64,000 nucleotides of DNA, taken from Candidatus Poribacteria bacterium (GTDB lineage: Bacteria; Poribacteria; WGA-4E; WGA-3G). Below the pieces are notes generated by a model, which worked only from the letters and a program-made list of their open reading frames with translations, had not been told where the DNA came from and ran no database searches. Position 1 is the first letter of the stretch. Each line of letters begins with the position of its first letter. A program made the position numbers and the translations under genes. This document shows positions 10,222 through 18,951 of this stretch, one piece after another. The DNA is taken from contig OZ243938.1 in the NCBI GenBank assembly GCA_965214095.1, positions 3,936,001 through 4,000,000 on the forward strand, written 5' to 3'.

Positions 10222-11502
10222 ATGTCCAAACGATTAGAATTCATAGAAGTCGTCAACACATTCAAAGAAGTATCTCCGAGTATAACCGACAATCAAAGGC
10301 GCGGGTTGCTGAGTCAAGCTGTACAGAATTATGCGCTTTCCATTGAGGATGCATCAGAGATACTCAAATCTCTCGGTCTGATAGTTGGGGAGGAAATTAA
10401 TTATTTTGAAGTGTTAGAGTTGTCAATTGAAGAATTTGAGAACAAAAGTGTAACAGAAATTGCAAATTATGTTGATGAATCACATTCACGTCTATATAGT
10501 GCATCATTGCGCGCTGGTGGACTCCCGCGTCCTGATGGTAGGTCGCAAGAACAGTGGCGGATTGTTCTGAATGAAGCGCGTGATACATTGATTGACCCAT
10601 TGAAAAGACGTGAACACCTTGCCATCATTCAAGATTCTGTAGAGATAACGGAAATAGCAGCAGAAAGCACACCAGAATTCCAAGAATCCGATATTGTCGC
10701 AGTAGAAAGACCTCGTCACGAATCAAGATATGAAACATTACCTGATGGTGTTGATGTGCCTGATGATATGGTATTTATTCCTGCAGGTGAGTTTCAGATG
10801 GACAGTGAGAACGAAGAATCTAACAATACACCCATTTCAACTCAAAATGTCTACCTAAATGGTTATCTTATTGATATTTTTCCTGTCACCAACGCACAAT
10901 ATATGAAATTTCTGGATGCTAACCCACAATGGCAGAAAAAGAATGTTCCCAGTCAGTTGCATGATGGAAGTTACTTGGAATCTTGGATTGGAAGAAGACT
11001 TCCTCGTGATAAAACAAACCATCCAGTTATCTATGTGAGTTGGTATGCTGCGATGGCTTATGCGGAATGGATTGGAAAACGATTGCCGATCAAAGCAGAA
11101 TGGGAGATGGCAGCTCGCGGAGGACTACATAGGAAGAAATATCCGTGGGGAGATAGTATCAATACAGAACAGGCGAATTACGGTATGCATATCGGTAAAA
11201 CAACAGAAGTTAATAAGTATCCACCCAATGAATATGGCATATATGATATGGTCGGAAATGTGTGGGAGTGGTGTTTGGATGAATATGACGAGAATACTAA
11301 ACATCAACGTTATGATATGATAGCAGAAAATATAGGCAATATAACGAAGGATTTTTTACAAGTTAATTCTCCTCGTATAGTCCGTGGTGGTTCTTGGGCA
11401 AGCAGTGAACGTGCCACACAGATTGCTTATTGTGGATGGGCGGCTCCGAATTTTACACATTATAATTATGGATTTCGGTGTGTGAAAGAAATTGTAAATT
11501 GA
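10222..11502 (+). CDS. J-domain-like + FGE-sulfatase protein, array member 3
   Basis: NYFEVLEL, PRPDG, RLPIKAEWEMAARGG, GFRC. Confidence 0.85.
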   Translation: MSKRLEFIEVVNTFKEVSPSITDNQRRGLLSQAVQNYALSIEDASEILKSLGLIVGEEINYFEVLELSIEEFENKSVTEIANYVDESHSRLYSASLRAGGLPRPDGRSQEQWRIVLNEARDTLIDPLKRREHLAIIQDSVEITEIAAESTPEFQESDIVAVERPRHESRYETLPDGVDVPDDMVFIPAGEFQMDSENEESNNTPISTQNVYLNGYLIDIFPVTNAQYMKFLDANPQWQKKNVPSQLHDGSYLESWIGRRLPRDKTNHPVIYVSWYAAMAYAEWIGKRLPIKAEWEMAARGGLHRKKYPWGDSINTEQANYGMHIGKTTEVNKYPPNEYGIYDMVGNVWEWCLDEYDENTKHQRYDMIAENIGNITKDFLQVNSPRIVRGGSWASSERATQIAYCGWAAPNFTHYNYGFRCVKEIVN

Positions 11503-11526
11503 GGATATTATTGGGAATCATTGTTT

Positions 11527-12891
11527 ATGGCTAACCGTGAAGAATATATCAGTGTGGTGAACACACTCAAGGCAACTTTGCCGACCATTACCACGCAGCA
11601 ACGGGTGGTGCTACTCCAACAAGCCGTGCAGCAATATGGACTTTCTGCAGAAGATGCTGAAGAAATCCTGAAAACGTCTGGATTAGTCGTTGGTGAAAGT
11701 ATGAACTACTTCCGGGTGTTAGGTTTATCTTTAGAAGAAATCCAGGATAAGAGTGAGAATGACATCCTCAGTTTTATAGAGGAAACTCATCAAAAATGTT
11801 ATGGTGAATCGTTGCGTGCGGGTGGACTGCCGCGTCCAGATGGCAGAACACAAGAACAGTGGCGAACAGTTTTGAATCAAGCGCGGGATGTGCTGAAAGA
11901 TCCACAAAAAAGAGTGGAACACATAGCAATCGTAAATACTGAAACTTCACATTTTGATGAGACATTTCCACAAGATGGATTGCCGAATTTGAATCAAACT
12001 TCAATTCAACTTGCTATACCAGAAGATATGATGTTGATCCCAGAAGGTGAATACCGTGGGAGAAGTGTTGAATCTTCTTTAGGAGATTCTAAATTTGACA
12101 CCCCTGATCATACAATTCATGTTGATACGTTCTATATGGACAAATTCCCAGTAACGAATGCACAATTTAAGGAGTTTACAGATGCCAATCCGTTATCGAG
12201 AAAAACAACAAGACGTAATGAATGGAACAAAATCAAACAGAAAATGTCTATTTTTAGTAGGTTTCACGATGGAAACTACTTAAATCATTGGTATGAGAAT
12301 AATTTTCCAATTGGTATGGAAAACCATCCGGTCACTAATGTGAGTTGGTATGCGGCAATGGCTTATGCACAATGGGCAGGAAAACGTTTACCCTCTGAAG
12401 CGGAATGGGAAAAGGCCGCACGTGGTGGATTAATTGGACAACACTATCCTTGGGGTGATAACCTGGATCCTGACATGGCTCATTGTGGAAAAAGTGTCGG
12501 TACGACCTATTCTGTTGGACTATACCCACCAAACAACTACGGTTTACATGACATTGCAGGGAATGTATGGGAGTGGTGTCTGGATGAGTATGCATTGAAT
12601 TTCTATGCGACATCACATAAACAAAATCCTATTGCTGGTGCTAACACGGTAGAGGAATTGGATGAATTATTGAGCAATTTTAGAGTTTTCTCAACTGACC
12701 GTGTTCTAAGAGGAGGGACGTTGTTCACAACATCAGAACCGATGCCAATTGCCAATCGGTATGGTTGTTCACCTCTTAACACAATCCTACGTATTAGGCT
12801 TTTAGTAATACGGCAACCTACGTCTTCTACAAAGTTTGCTGCACATGTTGGGTTTAGATGTGCTTGGGATGTTCGGTTAAAATCGTATTGA
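11527..12891 (+). CDS. J-domain-like + FGE-sulfatase protein, array member 4
   Basis: NYFRVLGL, PRPDG, RLPSEAEWEKAARGG; long insertion before GFRC. Confidence 0.85.
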   Translation: MANREEYISVVNTLKATLPTITTQQRVVLLQQAVQQYGLSAEDAEEILKTSGLVVGESMNYFRVLGLSLEEIQDKSENDILSFIEETHQKCYGESLRAGGLPRPDGRTQEQWRTVLNQARDVLKDPQKRVEHIAIVNTETSHFDETFPQDGLPNLNQTSIQLAIPEDMMLIPEGEYRGRSVESSLGDSKFDTPDHTIHVDTFYMDKFPVTNAQFKEFTDANPLSRKTTRRNEWNKIKQKMSIFSRFHDGNYLNHWYENNFPIGMENHPVTNVSWYAAMAYAQWAGKRLPSEAEWEKAARGGLIGQHYPWGDNLDPDMAHCGKSVGTTYSVGLYPPNNYGLHDIAGNVWEWCLDEYALNFYATSHKQNPIAGANTVEELDELLSNFRVFSTDRVLRGGTLFTTSEPMPIANRYGCSPLNTILRIRLLVIRQPTSSTKFAAHVGFRCAWDVRLKSY

Positions 12892-12937
12892 ATATTATTC
12901 TTAACTCTTGTTTCGTTTGTATTTGGTTGATTTAGGT

Positions 12938-14281
12938 ATGTCAAAAAGAGAAGAATTCATCGCAGCAATTAATGTCCTTCGGGCTGCTTCTCAGTCTATT
13001 ACCCCAGAACAGCGAAAAGGACTTCTTCAACAGGCGGTACAGGAATATGGTCTTACGGTAGATGAGGGAACGGCAATATTAAATGCTTCAGGATTGATAG
13101 TGGGTGAAAGAATAAACTATTTAGAAGTATTAGGATTGACTTTAGATGAAATAGAAAAGAAGAACGATGCTGATATTTTGGTTCTCGTTAATGAAGCACA
13201 TCGAAAAGCGTATAATGGTTCGTTACAGGCTGGTGGATTACCTCGTGCGGATGGCAGAACACAGGCACAGTGGCGCACTTTATTAAATCAGGCGCGTGAT
13301 ACGTTGACACACCCTCATAAACGTCGTCATTATCTGGAAAAATACGTGCTCCAGGAAAACGTATCAAAGAAAACTGAAGAATCTAACCCAAAAATAGAAC
13401 TTGAAATACAAAAACCTAAATCAACTTTACCAAAACCACCGCAAACTACTATAAGGACTACGTTATCCAATGTCAGTTCTACCCAAAAGGTGCAACCTCC
13501 CGAAAATACGCCTCAATCCATGGTATTCATTCCCGGTGGTGAGTTTCTGATGGGAAGCGATGAAAATTTGATACATTCTGCCTATGTGGATTCATTTTTT
13601 ATGGACAGATACCCTGTCACTAACGCACAATTCAAGATGTTCGTAGAGGCTAATCCACAATGGCGTAGACCTACTGACTTGTATTTTTGGAACATAAAGT
13701 GGAACTCAACTAAGAAAAAACCTGAACACGATGGTGATTACTTGAAACATTGGCATGAGAACAATTATCCGGATGACAAAGCAAATCATCCTGTGACGTG
13801 GGTGAGTTGGTATGCTGCAATGGCTTATGCGGAGTGGTTAGGTAAACGTTTACCTACAGAAGCGGAATGGGAGAAAGCTGCTCGTGGTGGTGTGTCTGGA
13901 CAGAATTATCCTTGGGGAAACACAATTGATTCTACGATGGCAAACTATAGCAACACGAATGGTGGCACGGCTGAAGTTGGGCAATATCCAGCAAACGGAT
14001 ACGGTCTCTATGATATGGCAGGAAATATATGGGAGTGGTGTCTTGATGTGTATGATGCTGGTTTTTATCTAAATTCACCCCAACACAATCCTATTTCTGG
14101 TGCGAATTCAGTCAACTCTGTTACAAACGAATTTACTGATGAAAGTGTGCTACGTGTTTTGCGTGGTGGTTCTTGGCTTGATGCACCTCATTTATTGAAA
14201 ACTGCTTTCCGTTATAAGAATAATCCGAGACGTACTCTCGGAAGAATCGGTTTTCGTTGTGTTAGAACTGTTCCTGCTTAA
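12938..14281 (+). CDS. J-domain-like + FGE-sulfatase protein, array member 5
   Basis: NYLEVLGL, PRADG, Pro/Thr-rich linker, FGE motifs. Confidence 0.85.
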   Translation: MSKREEFIAAINVLRAASQSITPEQRKGLLQQAVQEYGLTVDEGTAILNASGLIVGERINYLEVLGLTLDEIEKKNDADILVLVNEAHRKAYNGSLQAGGLPRADGRTQAQWRTLLNQARDTLTHPHKRRHYLEKYVLQENVSKKTEESNPKIELEIQKPKSTLPKPPQTTIRTTLSNVSSTQKVQPPENTPQSMVFIPGGEFLMGSDENLIHSAYVDSFFMDRYPVTNAQFKMFVEANPQWRRPTDLYFWNIKWNSTKKKPEHDGDYLKHWHENNYPDDKANHPVTWVSWYAAMAYAEWLGKRLPTEAEWEKAARGGVSGQNYPWGNTIDSTMANYSNTNGGTAEVGQYPANGYGLYDMAGNIWEWCLDVYDAGFYLNSPQHNPISGANSVNSVTNEFTDESVLRVLRGGSWLDAPHLLKTAFRYKNNPRRTLGRIGFRCVRTVPA

Positions 14282-14382
14282 GTGTCAATGTTTCTGTCAT
14301 TTTTCTTGTATTTCGTCTTATGCTGTGCTAAAATTCGTATATTGAATGCACTTCTATTCTATCTGTTGAGGAGGAAGGCAAC

Positions 14383-14721
14383 ATGAAACTTTATCAAGTG
14401 ACAAAGGTGATTGATGGGGATACGTTTGAGGTGGACCCTCCGATTTCCAAGGATATTGATCTACTACCATTGATGAGACAAGTTGGTAATATAAGTTTAT
14501 ACACAAAAGTTCGCATAGCAAATATTAATGCTTCAGAGATTAATACTCCTTTGGGTGAAAAAGCGATGCTTTACTTGAGAGGGCTTTTGGAAGGAAAACG
14601 CGTAATACTCAAACCAACTGATATTTCCTATGATCGTGTTGTCGCAGATGTGTGGCGATACCCAAATCAAGTATTCATAAGTGCAATGATGGTCTATAGT
14701 GGATATGCAGAGTGGGTATAA
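14383..14721 (+). CDS. Thermonuclease (staphylococcal nuclease-like) protein, no signal peptide
   Basis: VTKVIDGDTF, VRIANINASE, YDRVVADV, MVYSGYA; strong GAGGAGG RBS. Confidence 0.8.
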   Translation: MKLYQVTKVIDGDTFEVDPPISKDIDLLPLMRQVGNISLYTKVRIANINASEINTPLGEKAMLYLRGLLEGKRVILKPTDISYDRVVADVWRYPNQVFISAMMVYSGYAEWV

Positions 14722-14759
14722 TTCAAATGTAATAGATTAAAGTAATTAATCATACTATC

Positions 14760-15110
14760 GTGGTGAATCAGATGAATTATCTAAATGACTTTCCGAACCT
14801 AATAGCAGATCAAGTAAAAATTTCACTTGGTTCTAAAAAACTCTTAAACATTGATGATGATAGACTACTTCGATCTATAGTTTTAGATGCTGCAGGACAC
14901 GTTATAGGGGTCATAGTGAATCGGATTAGAGATGGAAACAATGCAAGTATTCATTCACAAGGAACTACAGCTTTTCAAGGTGTAATCAGTGAAGTTTCAA
15001 AAAACTTGTTTGAAAAAGCACTTGACGAGTCCACAATTTCACAGGCGATCACTTTATTGAAAACGGAACAGAAAAATTATAGGAATCAGATAACAGGTAA
15101 AAATAATTGA
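14760..15110 (+). CDS. Hypothetical helical protein
   Basis: 116-aa ORF co-oriented between the nuclease and the DUF2971-like gene; no recognised motif; start uncertain. Confidence 0.5.
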   Translation: MVNQMNYLNDFPNLIADQVKISLGSKKLLNIDDDRLLRSIVLDAAGHVIGVIVNRIRDGNNASIHSQGTTAFQGVISEVSKNLFEKALDESTISQAITLLKTEQKNYRNQITGKNN

Positions 15111-15210
15111 TATAAATGTTCTGTTGTATTGATTGTTGTTGAGCAATAAACTAAGAATTTCCCGTAGAAATAAATGGTCAAGGAATTTAAAACGAATAAC
15201 ATATACTGTG

Positions 15211-15993
15211 ATGTCAGATTTTCATTCTACTGTTTGCGTTCACGATACGTTGTCTATGAATTCTATTTTGTGGAGATATATGGACTTCACAAAACTCCTA
15301 TCAATTCTTGAAAACAAAGCACTGTTTTTTGCAAGAGCAGACAAACTCGGAGACCCATTTGAGGGTTCTGTCCCAAAATCCAACATTACTTCACGTTCAA
15401 TCTTAAATCCTGATTTTACAGATGATGAGATAATCATGTATGGATTAATAATGCAGCAGTTACCACGATTTTCATTGATTAGTTGTTGGCATGAAAGCAC
15501 TTACGAATCTGAAGCGATGTGGAAATTGTATACAAGTGTGAATGGCGGCATTGCTATAAGATCAAATCTCAATACGCTAATAAAATCTCTCAAGGTTAAT
15601 GAAAAAATCCATATTGGAAAGGTACAATACGTTGACTATGAGAATGATAGGATATCTGAAGACGATCTGTTATTTCCATATCTACATAAACGAAAAAGTT
15701 TTGAGCATGAACATGAAGTGAGAGTCATCATTCAGAAACTTCCTATCGGTTTGGATTTGGTCAGAATAAGAGATCACATTGACACTTTATCATTAAGAGA
15801 AATAGATCAATGGCATGATATTTGTCCTCACGGTATTCACTATGAAGTTGAACTTAATCTCTTGATTGAAGAGATAGTGATTGCACATTTTGCTCCAGAA
15901 TGGTTACTTGATCTCGTCCAACAAGTCGCGAAACGCTACGGTTTGGAAGCACCTATAAATAGATCTGTCCTTGCGGATATACCGTCATGGTGA
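15211..15993 (+). CDS. DUF2971-like protein
   Basis: LWRYMDFTK, DPFEG, ISCWH...ESEAMWKLY, GIAI, IGKVQY, KRKSFEHEHEVR; start uncertain (ORF opens at 15133). Confidence 0.75.
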   Translation: MSDFHSTVCVHDTLSMNSILWRYMDFTKLLSILENKALFFARADKLGDPFEGSVPKSNITSRSILNPDFTDDEIIMYGLIMQQLPRFSLISCWHESTYESEAMWKLYTSVNGGIAIRSNLNTLIKSLKVNEKIHIGKVQYVDYENDRISEDDLLFPYLHKRKSFEHEHEVRVIIQKLPIGLDLVRIRDHIDTLSLREIDQWHDICPHGIHYEVELNLLIEEIVIAHFAPEWLLDLVQQVAKRYGLEAPINRSVLADIPSW

Positions 15994-16037
15994 TTCAAAA
16001 TACAAAAAAACATCTCAGAATCAGCAATCATAAAAAC

Positions 16038-17330
16038 ATGAACCAACATAACACAGAACGCGAAGAATTCATTTCAGTCATCAATACCCTCAAAGGACTT
16101 TCATCAACGATTACCGATGAACAGCGCAAAGCACTACTGCAGCAAGCAGTACAACAAAACGGTTTCTCTGTTGAGGAAGCGATTGACATTCTCAAAGCGG
16201 CAGGATTAGCAGTCCGCGAGAACGTTAACTTCTTTGAAGTGTTGGGACTGTCCATTGATAAACTTCAAAACCAAGACGAAACTACAATAGCTAGACTCGT
16301 GAATGATGCACACAAGAGTTTCTACAGTGCATCTTTAAAGGCAGGTGGACTTCCGCGAACAGATGGCAGGACACAGGAACAGTGGAGAAGTGTCTTGAAT
16401 CATGCGCGTGATACACTTCTAAATCCGCAGACACGTCTTGAACACATCACAGATGTTCAATCAGATAAATCGGAAGATGGTTATTCCGCTTGGCAAGCAG
16501 ATCCAAGGACTTTTGAACAAGATGAAATCACAACACACGATCCGAAACCTATAGCTGTCTCTATTCCTGATGATATGGTCCTCGTTCCAGCAGGCGAGTT
16601 CTTAATGGGAAGTGACCATTTGGAACATAAAGTCTATGTTGACGCATTTTATATTGATAAGTATCCTGTAACAAATGCACAATATATGAGATTCATTGAG
16701 GAAAACCCACAGTGGCGTAAACCATCAAAACGAGACACAAAAAGTAGAACCAAACAGAAAATACCTTCTATACTTAGTAAATATCACGGAGGAAACTATC
16801 TGAATGATTGGGATGGAAACGTTTTACCGCCTGGGAAAGAAGACCATCCAGTTACTCACATCAGTTGGTATGCGGCGATGGCGTATACGGAGTGGATAGG
16901 GAAACGACTACCAACAGAAGCTGAATGGGAAAAGGCTGCACGCGGAGGTGTCTCTTCGCTAAGATACCCATGGGGCAATGTCTTGGATTCAGAGAACGCT
17001 GAATGTGAGATGAAGGTTGGAGAAACACATCGTATTGGAAGATTTCCTGCCAACAACTACGGTGTACATGACATGGTCGGTAACACATGGGAATGGTGTC
17101 TTGATTTGTATGCCGCAGATGAAAATATTGAGAATATTATAACAGGTTACTTGGACGTTTTATCTGATCGAGTGCTGCGTGGTGGAACACAGTCTATTTC
17201 GTCCGAACCGATCCACACGGCTGCACGGCGACATAGCAATCCGAAATACACCATAGTACTTCCAATATCACACCATACTAATTTCGTTGCAAACACTGGA
17301 TTCCGATGTGTTTGGGGAACCCTTGTATAA
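16038..17330 (+). CDS. J-domain-like + FGE-sulfatase protein, array member 6
   Basis: NFFEVLGL, PRTDG, RLPTEAEWEKAARGG, GFRC. Confidence 0.85.
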   Translation: MNQHNTEREEFISVINTLKGLSSTITDEQRKALLQQAVQQNGFSVEEAIDILKAAGLAVRENVNFFEVLGLSIDKLQNQDETTIARLVNDAHKSFYSASLKAGGLPRTDGRTQEQWRSVLNHARDTLLNPQTRLEHITDVQSDKSEDGYSAWQADPRTFEQDEITTHDPKPIAVSIPDDMVLVPAGEFLMGSDHLEHKVYVDAFYIDKYPVTNAQYMRFIEENPQWRKPSKRDTKSRTKQKIPSILSKYHGGNYLNDWDGNVLPPGKEDHPVTHISWYAAMAYTEWIGKRLPTEAEWEKAARGGVSSLRYPWGNVLDSENAECEMKVGETHRIGRFPANNYGVHDMVGNTWEWCLDLYAADENIENIITGYLDVLSDRVLRGGTQSISSEPIHTAARRHSNPKYTIVLPISHHTNFVANTGFRCVWGTLV

Positions 17331-17396
17331 ATCATAGGGACACTTCAGATTTGGATTCCATCTCCAGCTCTGCTCTATAAAATGGATCACTAAGTT

Positions 17397-18758
17397 ATGT
17401 CTAAACGTGAAGAATTCAAAATAGCCATAGATCTACTCAGCACTGCTTCTCAGTCAATCTCAGCAGATCAACGGGTTGGTTTGCTTCAACAAGCAGTACG
17501 ACAGTATGGTCTCTCTATTGATGAAGCGGACGAAATCTTAAAGTTATCAGGGTTAGTTGTCGGAGAGATTTTCAATTATTTTGATGTTCTCAATCTCAAC
17601 CTTGAGGAACTTCAAAACCAAAGTGAATCTACCATTAGGAAGTGGATTGACATAGCGCACAAAAAAGCCTATAGTGCATCTTTAAAGGCAGGTGGACTTC
17701 CAAGACCAGATGGCAGGACACAAGAACAGTGGCGGACAGTTTTGAACCAAGCACGTGACATACTTCTAAATCCACAGACACGTCTTGAACACATTTCTAC
17801 GATACAGAATGATACCTGGGAAACAGTTGATCCTATTTGGCAAGAAGAATTACCTATACCAGAACAGGATGAAATTCTCAACCCGGATCCAACCTCACTA
17901 AGCATCCCAATTCCAGATGATATGGTTCTCATTCCAGCAGGTGAATTTCTAATGGGGAGTAAGAATGAGAATGCTGATGACCGTGAAAAGCCGATACATA
18001 ATGTCTATGTTGATGCGTTTTGTATTGATAAATATCCAGTAACAAACAGACAATACAAAGAGTTCATTGATGCAAACACGAATTGGCAAAAACCTACTAA
18101 ACAGTTTAGACGTAAAAAAACCAGACAGATGGTGAATTCTATACTCAGGAAGTATCATGGTCGAAACTATCTGACTGATTGGATTGAGAACGATTATCCA
18201 AAAGAAAAAGCCAACCATCCCGTAACTCATGTGAGTTGGTATGCTGCGATGGCTTATGCGGAATGGATAGGTAAACGGTTACCGACAGAGGCGGAATGGG
18301 AGAAGGCAGCACGCGGAGGAACAGTAGCACGAAAATATCCATGGGGAAATAGGATTGATCCTGCTAATGCTGAATATAGTAAGGATGTCGGTGAAACATA
18401 TCCTGTTGGAAAATATCCTGCAAATAACTACGGTGTGCATGACATGGTTGGCAACGTTTGGGAGTGGTGTTTGGATTTATATGATGCAGATTACTATGCT
18501 AATTCTACCATTCGCAATCCAATTGCCGGTGTGAATACAGATGAAGATATGAAGATGTTAAAATCTGGTTTTTTGAACATGAAGGCAGATCGCGTGCTAC
18601 GGGGTGGTACACATTTTACTTCATCAGAACCTATCCATATCGCTGCACGTTGGGGTGGGAAACCTCTTCTAACAAGTTATATCAGCACTTTATATTTCTC
18701 ACAGTATATGGCAAACATAGGGTTTCGATGTGCATGGGACGTAAGGTTTAAATCATAG
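17397..18758 (+). CDS. J-domain-like + FGE-sulfatase protein, array member 7
   Basis: NYFDVLNL, PRPDG, RLPTEAEWEKAARGG, GFRC. Confidence 0.85.
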   Translation: MSKREEFKIAIDLLSTASQSISADQRVGLLQQAVRQYGLSIDEADEILKLSGLVVGEIFNYFDVLNLNLEELQNQSESTIRKWIDIAHKKAYSASLKAGGLPRPDGRTQEQWRTVLNQARDILLNPQTRLEHISTIQNDTWETVDPIWQEELPIPEQDEILNPDPTSLSIPIPDDMVLIPAGEFLMGSKNENADDREKPIHNVYVDAFCIDKYPVTNRQYKEFIDANTNWQKPTKQFRRKKTRQMVNSILRKYHGRNYLTDWIENDYPKEKANHPVTHVSWYAAMAYAEWIGKRLPTEAEWEKAARGGTVARKYPWGNRIDPANAEYSKDVGETYPVGKYPANNYGVHDMVGNVWEWCLDLYDADYYANSTIRNPIAGVNTDEDMKMLKSGFLNMKADRVLRGGTHFTSSEPIHIAARWGGKPLLTSYISTLYFSQYMANIGFRCAWDVRFKS

Positions 18759-18793
18759 GTGTTTTAAATAGTGATTGATCGTAAATCACCCAA

Positions 18794-18932
18794 CTATAGT
18801 GAAAATTGAAATTAACAATATACTTTACATTTAGAAAAACTCGTTTGTAGTCGCGCAATTCATTGCGCCTCTTACATTATATGCATAAGCAATTGGGATG
18901 ATATGTTTCATTAATTGTAAGTTTTACTATAA
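18794..18932. mobile_element. MITE-like element (CTATAGTGAAA...TTTTACTATAA) carrying the GTAGTCGCGCAATTCATTGCGC hairpin
   Basis: Imperfect TIRs; core 18847-18871 recurs at 7164, 57344 and 61380. Confidence 0.55.
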
Positions 18933-18951
18933 ATTGAAGGAGAGATGATAT

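Noticed and set aside
4750-18758. FGE array as maturation enzymes for the neighbouring arylsulfatase
   Set aside because: The paralogs lack the catalytic Cys pair after RGGS required by true formylglycine-generating enzymes.
7062-18951. Complete diversity-generating retroelement around the FGE/CLec genes
   Set aside because: No reverse transcriptase, Avd-like gene or adenine-variant template repeat is visible in the window, and paralog differences include indels and all base types.
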